A DNA stretch of 24,626 bases, from positions 62,001-86,626 of the forward strand of contig LXFE01000515.1 of the NCBI GenBank assembly GCA_001929475.1. Reading direction: 5' to 3'. Each line of letters starts with the position of its first letter. Position 1 is the first letter of the stretch. The notes below the pieces were generated by a model. That model saw only the letters and a program-made list of their open reading frames with translations, did no database searches and was not told the DNA's origin. Made by a program: the position numbers and the translations under genes. The stretch is from Neolecta irregularis DAH-3 (lineage: Eukaryota). Below are positions 1 through 11,936 of the stretch, piece by piece.

Positions 1-119
1 AATACAGGCCGATTCAAGAGACCCATAATTAGCCATCAAGCACGAATAAGCGAAAACAGAACATCATCCCGAGGGTCCATACTAGAGTAGATAAGGGGTA
101 GCTAAAAGTACCCTTGTAA

Positions 120-1512
120 TTAAAAAACAGAACCCAACATATCTATCCATTGACACAAGACAGCATTTCCTTCGTCTTCCACGACCTTTTGAAAATCTTC
201 CCATCCCAGTCTTTTGTTTGGATAATCTGCAAATATTTTATCAACGAGTTCGTGAGCGGAAAGAAGAGCAGTTTGTTCCATGACAGCTGCATATTCTTCG
301 TTCATGTGAGAGTGCGACTGCCGAGGCGGGATTAAAGGCATTGTCAAGCTTTTTTCTCGGTGTCGAGCATCTGCAGAAACCGGAGTTACATTGAATGTTG
401 TAGAAATCGGATTTGAACCATGGCCAGTGGTTTCTTGAAGAGTGGCAGCATCAACATATTCATCCGCCAACATCGATTTAATAACGTCCTGAACAAGACT
501 TCGAGAAAGAGTGTGCTGGGCTTTAAGCATTTCAAGAACCTGGGTTTTTGAAATAAAGTCTTTGTTTTCCCAATTGTATCCATTGAAAACAGCTTCCCTT
601 AGTCAGAGTCTTGTTGCTGATAATACCTCTCACTTTTTCTATATGATCTGTCTTTCCCGTCAAAATGTGAATTCCGCGAAGATACTCTGTAAAAGAGATA
701 ACTCCATCATCATCCTGATCGTAAAATGAGAATAAGCGATGAAAAACAAGATTTGAAGCTTGTCCTAGTTGTCCTAAACAAGCGAGAAACGCAATCTTAT
801 CAATCCCACAATTAATCCCAAGGTTGTCCTCGCAATTTACAGACGCGATACAGCTGAACTGATCATAGGCAGCATCAAGCTCGGGCTCCTTGTCTTTCGT
901 CAGAGGAAAGAGGATAAATAGATCTACCATATCCCATCTCTTCAAGTGTTTTCTTTTGTTCCTTTGTTAATCGTGGAGGAACAACAAGATTAGGATTGCC
1001 TAGACATTATTTTGAATTCATCCCTTGATCTAACCAGGATATGCAGGTTTAATGATAGTTTTTGGATTACCTAGAGTAGGTAATGGAATGCGAACTTTGA
1101 AAAATAAATGACTCTTAGCATGAGTTGAGATCGCTTCACATTGATCGCAAAGATCGTAATCTACGCAGTTTGAGCATCGATATCGAACCCCGCGAATCGG
1201 AGAAACATTGCACGAATTACAGCTTATACCGCGATGAACATATCCTTCCTTTTTTGCGTGATCCTACTGGTCAAGGTAAAGCACTCTGACCCAAACCTCT
1301 GCAATGTGATAAAGCAGCTTTAATAGTTGTTCCTCATCACTGGGATTCGAAGGTAGTGCTGCTGAAGCTCCGTTTGAGGTTTGTGACGAATGTTCGTACG
1401 TTTCTGGAGAAGGACGCAGATGGAGATTTCTGGCGAAAGCCCGATATATCTGAACTACAGCGATGGCTCCGATAACGCTGCTTGCTGCTATGATATATGG
1501 TTTCCGGAGCAT
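120..1512 (-). CDS. ZZ-type zinc finger + EF-hand domain protein with N-terminal hydrophobic segment (5 exons)
   Basis: ATG at 1512 (MLRKPYIIAASSVIGAIAVVQIY). The spliced exon 2 encodes HRGISCNSCNVSPIRGVRYRCSNCVDYDLCDQCE (ZZ finger). EF-hand FYDQDDDGVISFTEY follows. GT-AG introns at 1296-1264, 1034-1000, 927-894 and 626-593 join the frames. Stop TAA at 122-120. Confidence 0.85.
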
Positions 1513-1675
1513 TACATAGTTATAGAATCCAAAGAGGTTTCTGTGGAGCCCACTTATATAAGTTACAAGCCGCACCAAGTTACTGCTCTGGTTTTACAGT
1601 TTTCATTGTCAATTCGACCTAGAAGACTAGAACACATAGTGCTTTTACTTATATATTGATTATTTTTTGATATAT

Positions 1676-3311
<1,636 letters not shown>

Positions 3312-3525
3312 TGTGTGTTGTAGAAATCTTCAAGTCATATAGTATAAAATCGCATTGACGTCTTATTAGATTTCGAATCCCGCTAAATTTCAAAAGAGAT
3401 ATATTTTGAATATTCCCGATATATTTTGAGGAAAGATATTCTTGAAGGTGACCTGGAATTAAACTTTCGCGCAGTGTAACAGGCGCGAATCATATTTCTT
3501 GATCACTTCACAGAAGATTGTCATA
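3312..3525. promoter_or_regulatory. Short divergent promoter region between BNA4 and MAP1
   Basis: 214 nt between the two ATGs. AT-rich, with direct repeat GATATATTTTGA at 3398-3409 and 3418-3429. Confidence 0.5.
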
Positions 3526-4853
3526 ATGAGTCTCTGCAGTGGAGTAAATTGCATGAATCTAGCTGGAGCTTTGCAATGTCCTACTTGCTTGAAGCTGGGA
3601 ATATCTGGGTCTTTCTTTTGCGACCAAGATTGCTTCAAGAAATCGTGGATTAATCATAAAACAGTTCATAAATCGGCAACAGGTATTCTACTCAATATCT
3701 TCCTACCCATTATCATCTAGTCTCCGGTATCTTCAATCCCTTCCCTCAGTATGGGTTTACTGGACCACTGCGACCTGCATATCCACTATCTCCTACAAGA
3801 CTTCTCCCGGCTGCTATAAAGAAACCCGATTACGCAGAAGATGGGCGACCTCGAAGCGAAGAGAAGTTTGGACGCGATAAAATCAGACCACTCGATAAAG
3901 AAGGTATTGAAGGTATGAGGAAGGTTTGCCGAGTAGGGTTCATTCTCCAAGTATCACTCCACTGACTTGCTAGCTTGCTCGTGAGGTTTTAGATATCGCA
4001 GCTGGGCACATTAGTCCAGGTGTTACGACCGATGAGATTGACGAGATCGTCCATCAAGCCTGTGTAGCTCGAGATGCCTATCCAAGCCCGCTAAATTACT
4101 ACAATTTTCCAAAAAGCGTATGCACGTAAGTAATTCATGCTCTACGATTCTCACTGAGAGTATTTAGATCTGTCAATGAGGTGCCTCTCTTTTCACCATG
4201 ATAAACAACCGATCTAATCGCAAAGGTGATATGTCATGGCATTCCGGACAAGAGACCTCTTGCTGATGGAGATATCGTAAACCTCGATGTGACACTCTAT
4301 CATGGTGGATATCATGGAGACCTAAATGAAACGTAAGCTATGTCCTTGATAGATCTAAAAAAAATCAATCAGATACTACGTGGGCGAAAAGGCTCGCCAA
4401 AACCCTCACGCCGTTCGGGTTGTCGAAACTGCTAGAGAATGTCTCGCCAATGCGATTTCAGAATGCAAGCCCGGAATGCTTTATCGCGATCTAGGAACCA
4501 ACATCGAGAAACATGCCAAAGTTCATGGCTGTAGTGTTGTCAGTCATTACACCGGACATGGAATTAACTCGCTCTTTCATTGTCTTCCTAATGTTCCTCA
4601 CTATTCGAACAACAAGGCTGTCGGAACTATGAAACCTGGTCATACCTTCACCATTGAGCCTATGATCAATATAGGTGATTGGAGAGACCTTAACTGGCCC
4701 GATAAGTGGACAGCTGTAACTGCTGATGGCATGTTGAGTGCTCAGTTTGAGCATACTTTGTTGGTTACAGAGACCGGTGTAGATGTTTTAACAGCCAGGA
4801 AAGAAGACTCGCCTGGAGGGGCTATTCAGAGATTAAATAGGAAGGAAATGTAG
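3526..4853 (+). CDS. MAP1: Methionine aminopeptidase type 1 (zf-C6H2 + M24 peptidase), 6 exons
   Basis: [22 protein letters not shown] zinc finger; [53 protein letters not shown]. Introns at 3683-3720, 3933-3973, 4126-4167, 4181-4225 and 4333-4372. Confidence 0.96.
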
Positions 4854-4904
4854 ATTTAGAGTATGAGCAGATGTATAGAATACTTGTAAGATTGGATCTT
4901 TGTC

Positions 4905-5284
4905 CAGTGGTGGGTTTATTAGGCGTGATACGCTGGACGGGGTGGGCCGTGGGAGGGGAAACCCAGTGAAGACCACGGGAAGGGCCCGTAGGTCATGGTA
5001 AACACCGATAGAGTAACCTTAAATAACCGAGATTTTGAGATTTTTTGGTGAAAAAATTCACTCGTTAGCTCAATATTCAAAGCAAGCAAAGGAGAACAGA
5101 AATAACAAAGTGGACAAGTAGATCGAAGGATAAATTGTCACAACAATCGACGATAAACGGCATTCCTGATTAGAATTATATCCACACAGATCTATATATG
5201 ACAAGCTTTTGCGGTGTCCACCGCCCGCGGGAGAAATCTGAACCGCCCGCCGGCGGGTCGGCGGATGGATATTTATGCCACCTG
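4905..5284. mobile_element. Possible degenerate non-autonomous DNA-transposon (hAT/MITE-like) relic
   Basis: Starts CAGTGGTGGG and ends GCCACCTG. Both ends are GC-rich with repeated CCGCCCGC and the palindrome CCCGCCGGCGGG (5246-5257), around an AT-rich middle. The flanks TCTTTGTC/CCTTTCAC match 5/8 as a possible TSD. Terminal similarity is weak. Confidence 0.25.
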
Positions 5285-5499
5285 CCTTTCACCAAGAGAT
5301 CCAAACCACCCACCTGGAGAGTGCTCTAGTAGGCTGTTAGGTTGCATGGCGGTTTGGCAGTTTCTTCCATGTGATGCTTCTCCAAAGGTCCCCCTTTGAC
5401 TTTCTTGTATTGAATTTGTTGGCAGACCATTAGCCTCGCCTTTAAGTTCAGATCATGATAGTGCTTGTTTCGTTTGAATATGTTGGTTGGTTGTTCAAC

Positions 5500-6432
5500 T
5501 GTGAATTGATTGCAATTTTCTCAAACGATCTCATGGAATCAATCATAATTGGACTCGAAGAGTCAGTTTTTGAGAATGTGTAGAAGTGCTTGGCGGAAAT
5601 GAAGTAGCTTGGAGAATTATACATGTTTGATACACGAATAATCATGGAAGTTTTTTATATAATCTTCAGTCGTGGTCATGGTCTGTTGACGGTATTAAAT
5701 ACTACAAAGGGCTGCCTCAGCCTGGTAAGCCTTGTTTAGCTGTCGGCCAGGCGATTAGAGCCGTTCTCGACTGGTGTTAGCTCTTTTGGAAGCTTGCGGC
5801 ATGTATAGAGGCGTCATGCGTAAGAAACTCGAGAACTTTTTGGTGTTCTTTCAGGTAGTTCCAGTTAAAGCTATTGCTGACCGGTCTTGTATTACTTGTT
5901 TAGAAAGGAACCAATGCCGTTAGACATACAGTTACGTTTGCGCATCTTCATCCGAAGTTAAAATTGTGCGAAAGCTTTGAAGAAGTCAAGGTGATGCTTG
6001 ATGAAGTAGCAAATGAACTAGGAGGTCTTGATCATGAAGATGAGGAGAAAGTTGAGGAGAATGGTGATCACGTTAATAGCGAGGAAGATGATCCTGCCAC
6101 TATTCCTGAGAATGACAACCTTGAATATGATGGAGACATTCATTCATCTGTTTTAGGCGTGCTGATACTGGTATAGACGCCCCTTCTGCATTGATATTTG
6201 ACGATGAACAAGTTACCCTTTTGGATAAGAAACAAGCCGATTCTGCAAATACCGAAGAATTTGATCAGGAATTTGCGAAAATGATGACCGAATCACTTGA
6301 ATCCAGAAACCATAACCGACAAGGCATTATTGATGTTCCTTGGCCGCTCAAGAAGACAGCCACAGGTCGAAGAAATGGAACGTCAGGTTTGTGCTACTTT
6401 CAAAGAAAGCCACAAACTCTCAGGCAAGAAAA
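5500..6432 (+). pseudogene. UPF2: Degenerate fragment of NMD factor Upf2 (third MIF4G domain, acidic linker, C-terminal Upf2 domain)
   Basis: Translations DLMESIIIGLEESVFENV*KCLAEMK*LGELY, RLVLALLEACGMY..KKLENFLVFFQ, YYLFRKEPMPLDI, EEFDQEFAKMMTESLESR..IDVPWPLKK and VRFVLLSKK follow the fungal Upf2 motifs in order. In-frame TAG at 5581 and 5605, frameshifts, short deletions and intron remnants are present. Confidence 0.8.
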
Positions 6433-6436
6433 TATA

Positions 6437-6628
6437 CCGTATTGGTACAAAAGGCCGCGAAAAGCGGTATGAAAGTAACCTTTGGCAAAACTGGGAAAAT
6501 GATTGAATTAACTACGAATTGCCAGTTCAAGGTTTTTGACAAAGTTAGGGTTAGGGTTATCAGTTATCAGCCTCGGACAGCCAAACATGGGAGGAGGAAT
6601 TTGCGGGCTGCTTTGTACTGGAAAGTCT
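6437..6628. mobile_element. Possible TA-flanked MITE relic containing telomere-like TTAGGG repeats
   Basis: TATA on both sides; imperfect inverted ends GTACAAAAGGCCGC and GCGGGCTGCTTTGTAC; internal GTTAGGGTTAGGGTTA at 6544-6559. Confidence 0.3.
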
Positions 6629-6650
6629 ATATATATGGGGACTCGTAATT

Positions 6651-8355
<1,705 letters not shown>

Positions 8356-8493
8356 GTATGTAGTGGTTATAGATGAATTGGGATTTAGGAGTGGAAAGCA
8401 ATGATAGGTGGACTCCTAGAATATTTTGTTTTGCATTTTCAAAAATCAAGAAATTCCAGGTGATTTTGTAAAAGTTGCAGGTGGGTGTCAAAT

Positions 8494-8520
8494 CCGAATT
8501 TCATGAAATTCGGGCTAAAA
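8494..8520. repeat. Perfect 20-bp palindrome CCGAATTTCATGAAATTCGG, part of a short dispersed repeat (second copy at 21860-21885)
   Basis: Self-complementary at 8494-8513. The reverse complement of 8495-8520 matches 21860-21885 at 24/26 positions. Confidence 0.75.
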
Positions 8521-8727
8521 AGTGGCTGCAAAACACACCCTTATCGTCTATGAAACTGGCATAATATCACAGGAAACTATCTTTCAAGACAAAACTGATA
8601 TAGTATAATATTGGCTGTTGGAATATGTTTATAGCTTTACTATAATTTTGCCCCTTGCATCATGGGATGTGTGGGCACTATCAAGTCCCACCGCCCCCAC
8701 TCAACTGCAACCCCAGGATGAGACAGA

Positions 8728-9079
8728 GAGGACGCCACAAGCTGTGGGCGTCCTCCCAGTCCAAGATGCTGGATCCCCATGTGGATCATGTTCCACAGGG
8801 GCCAGGCGAATAACCGGACGGTGGCGCGCGAGAACAGGTATATAGGTGTGCAGAGAGTAGCAGGGCATCAGGGATGTATGAATGCGGGATGAGCGTGGCT
8901 CAAGGCGAGGATGCCCGGGATGTTGTGGTGGGCACAGCAGTGTTGCGGATGGACCATGGACTTGGCCCGACCCATTAAAAGTCCATGGACTGGACTAGGG
9001 AAAAAGCCCAGCCCATCCGGCCCGGTAGGCGAAATAATGCTTATGCGATATGTAAGCGTGTGCCATAGCACACGCTTAC
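8728..9079. repeat. GC-rich cluster of inverted repeats/hairpins, probable transposon debris
   Basis: Hairpins at 8728-8755 and 9052-9079 (perfect 12-bp stem). Nested inverted repeats at 8946-9019 follow CAGTGTTG at 8938. No credible ORF. Confidence 0.5.
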
Positions 9080-9150
9080 CAATACGGAAGGAAGGCTTGC
9101 GTTAATATTGCGGCAATTAAAATTGTAGTATATAATATAGATAGGTGGTT

Positions 9151-9217
9151 CATACCTAGCCTAAGTATTGGCGACTTGGCTAGGTATGTCCTGCGAAGTC
9201 GCCAATACGTAGGCTAG
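9151..9217. repeat. Long imperfect palindrome with alternative stem
   Basis: 9156-9177 pairs with 9196-9217 (21/22); 9151-9161 pairs with 9178-9188 (11/11). Confidence 0.8.
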
Positions 9218-9388
9218 AAACAATTAGTCTTATTCGTATCTGGGCTTCAATACTTACACCAGAAATAGTACAGAGGACAGTAGCTCGGAGGATCAATGGT
9301 TAGTGACGTATTGATGAGGCGTTTGCTTTCCTCCACATTTCCTGTTTAGAGGCCCATCCGCACATCGTCCCCACTAAACACCGGCACT

Positions 9389-10071
9389 ATGGCAACGACA
9401 CAAGCAACGAGCCCTCAAAAGATCCGCTCACCTATTGAAGAGAAACTTGATCGTTTCTTGGCGCGCCGGCCAGATCCGCAGGATTTGAAAGGTATCTTGC
9501 TCGCACAAGGTGTCCACTAATAATTTGTAGATCGAAACATCCTCAAAGGTTGTTTTCATTGACAACCTCTTTTGACTCTCAGATACCTCTGTCGCGCCAT
9601 CTTTGATTGCCAAGCAGGATGAGCTCAAGCTATGGATGAAGAAAGATGAATTGTCTCATCAGCTCGAATGTCGACCTACCCCGGAAGATTTAATCCGTCG
9701 GGGAATCTTGAATGAAGGGGAATCTCCGGTTCGACTCAAGTCGCAGGCACCTCTAAAAGAACGACTTGAAGACTTCTTTGAACATCGACCGGCCGCGCAA
9801 GAGCTCAAAGGTTAGTTGTCAATGTTTACGTATACATTGATGTCCCAGATAGAAACATCATGAAGGACTCGTCTGCTGCGCCTGCGTTGATCGCAAAGCA
9901 AGACGAACTGAAACAGAGGATGACAAAAGTAAGCTAGTTGAGATTTTCGCCACTCTAAAGGTATAGACGACTCTCGAACATAACCTTCAAAATCGACCAG
10001 AGCTGGATACTGTTATTGCGCAAGGTATCCTCAATAGAGACGAGGACCCGCGCACGACTCGATCTCTCTAG
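9389..10071 (+). CDS. RPEL-repeat protein (four RPEL motifs, internally duplicated), 5 exons
   Basis: The spliced product contains LARRPDPQDLKDRNIL, LECRPTPEDLIRRGIL, FEHRPAAQELKDRNIM and LQNRPELDTVIAQGIL. Introns at 9492-9530, 9549-9582, 9811-9848 and 9929-9966. TAG at 10069-10071. Confidence 0.88.
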
Positions 10072-10246
10072 TCATCAGGTAGGGCCTTTTGTGTTTGTTA
10101 AATTATATAACAATGATGTAAACTCCTGCTTTCCCTTCGAGAATGAGATATATATACAAAATTCAAGACGTAATACCTACCAAGAAACGAATAAACTCCT
10201 TCCCATTGATGACCACTAGAAAACAAAACAAAAAAAGGGATGAAAA

Positions 10247-11717
10247 TCAGCTCAATATGCCTCGCTCAGCAAGACTGAGATCTCGAACAAGATTATCTAA
10301 ATGCCCAGCCTGCCCGTCTCCAATCTGTAAATCATTAATAAGCTCAGTTAAGCGAGCATCATGTTCTTCTTGGTCGTAAAAATCTATTGTATTTTCTTCT
10401 GAATCTTCCCATTCGATATCACCGAGAACGCGACCACCTAGATGGACATCAGATATTCGAGAGACGCGTTCTACTGCTTTCCGTGCTTCTCGAAGTAAGT
10501 GTTCTGAAAGATTTATAGAGCGATTGAGAATGAGGTCTATTGAGGCAGCCGCATCTAACAGTGCCTCATGATGAGACTTTGAACGTTGCAAAATTATTCG
10601 AGGTTTAGCTACATCTCCCTTCTCGAGACAGGGAGTCTCTGGTTCCTCTTCTGTATTCTCGTCCGACGTTGATAACTTGAGATCGGGCAGTTCAAGATCC
10701 AGGACATCGCCAGAAGGTTGAGTTAGTTTCTCACGCAATAAACGAATTTCGGCAGCTTGTTTCTGGGACCGTTTCTCGAGCTGACGATTAATAGCCAGAA
10801 GAGAGGTATTAGAAATTTCTAGGTCAAGGATCTAGATTGTTAAATGCTATTGACACGCGCAAGCTTGCTTTACGATTGGTTCGTGCCACATTGCCTTCAA
10901 GAGTTCCAGGTGTAAGTAAAATTTGTGTACTTGTACTCTCAGACTGTATGCCATGAAGTGCGTCTTGCGGTATTGATTCGCTGAATGTTGGAGAAGCTGT
11001 TGGTAGCAAGTCTGAATTGCTTCGAACTTTGTTCCTGTTTACATAGGACACTATGGAATCGACATCCGAGATAAATGGCGAAGAGGTAACTTTTATGAAA
11101 CCGTCATCTGGAGAGGATGGAAAGGGTATTGCAGATAATATGCTTTCGCCAGAGGGGGAAAATTCAACGGATGGTTTTCCATTTGAAACAAGGCTGGATG
11201 ATATCGAATGTTTTCGAGATCTTCTTCCAATATCGCTTTGTGAGCCGGTCGTCATGGATGTTTCAGGTCGGACATCGTCAGGAGACTGAGAAAAACGTGT
11301 TTCTGTGAAAGAGACTGTCGATTTTGTAGGAGAGACTGGGGGCATTGATTTTAGTTCATTTGCATAGAAAAAGTTTCCACCCCCAACGCTTGCGGGAGGA
11401 TTCGATGACCGAGAATTGACTGTAAAGGTCCTGGACAAGGTGCTTTTCGGGGGCTCTGGTCTGGCAGCAGCCTGTAGCTTCACCGCATCGAATGGGTCTG
11501 TATTGGCAGCTCTCTTTTTCTCGGCAGAACGTCTGACGGTAACGGTCGACGGGAGGTTTGCGAGGATGCGATTTTCTGGGGTTCTAGGGGGGGAAGCGGC
11601 CTGTGAGACTGGCTGTCGATGTGGCCGAGTATACAGAGCCTGGGAAGACACAATGGTTGATTTCACTCTGGCGGGCTGTATGCGGCGGGACGAGGAGCCG
11701 GAAGACATTGCGGACAT
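10247..11717 (-). CDS. Conserved fungal hypothetical protein: Ser/Pro-rich disordered N-terminus plus coiled-coil (2 exons)
   Basis: Two long ORFs are joined by a GC-AG intron at 10868-10832, giving ARTNRKILDLEISNTSLLAINRQLEKRSQKQAAEIRLLR, a motif I recognise from uncharacterised fungal proteins. Confidence 0.75.
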
Positions 11718-11893
11718 TGGGGACTACGGGCTGTGGATTATACTATGGGCAATTTCAACACGGGCATTGGCAGGGGAGCGATCTGGGGTGGAGAGGGAGC
11801 AGGAAACGGGTGTCAACAGAACGTGACGGGCATGCTGACTAGCCTCGCCCTGCTCGCATGGTGCTTCTGCGGGGCTGCGGGCATTCTCGGCGC

Positions 11894-11936
11894 CCTGCGA
11901 CTGGCCGTCCTGCGACTGGCCGTCCTGCGTCTGGCC
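11894..11936 (+). repeat. 15-bp tandem repeat x~3 (CCTGCGACTGGCCGT)
   Basis: Units at 11894-11908, 11909-11923 and 11924-11936, directly upstream of the likely RdRP ATG. Confidence 0.85.

Noticed and set aside
1-90. Open + strand frame ending TAG at 88-90 (possible 3' end of a convergent gene)
   Set aside because: Only 29 codons with no recognisable motif; it cannot be supported within this window.
4854-6650. Telomerase RNA candidate (minus-strand TAACCCTAACCCTAAC as template in a 1.8-kb gap)
   Set aside because: Most of the gap is explained by the UPF2 pseudogene, the repeat is longer than a typical ~1.5-unit template, and I saw no convincing pseudoknot.
8616-8940. Solo LTR starting TGTTGGAATA
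   Set aside because: No matching ...CAACA end or TSD was found; kept only as generic repeat debris.
8618-9105. Short ORFs of 64-75 aa in the GC-rich gap
   Set aside because: No domain similarity; expected by chance in GC-rich repeat-like sequence.
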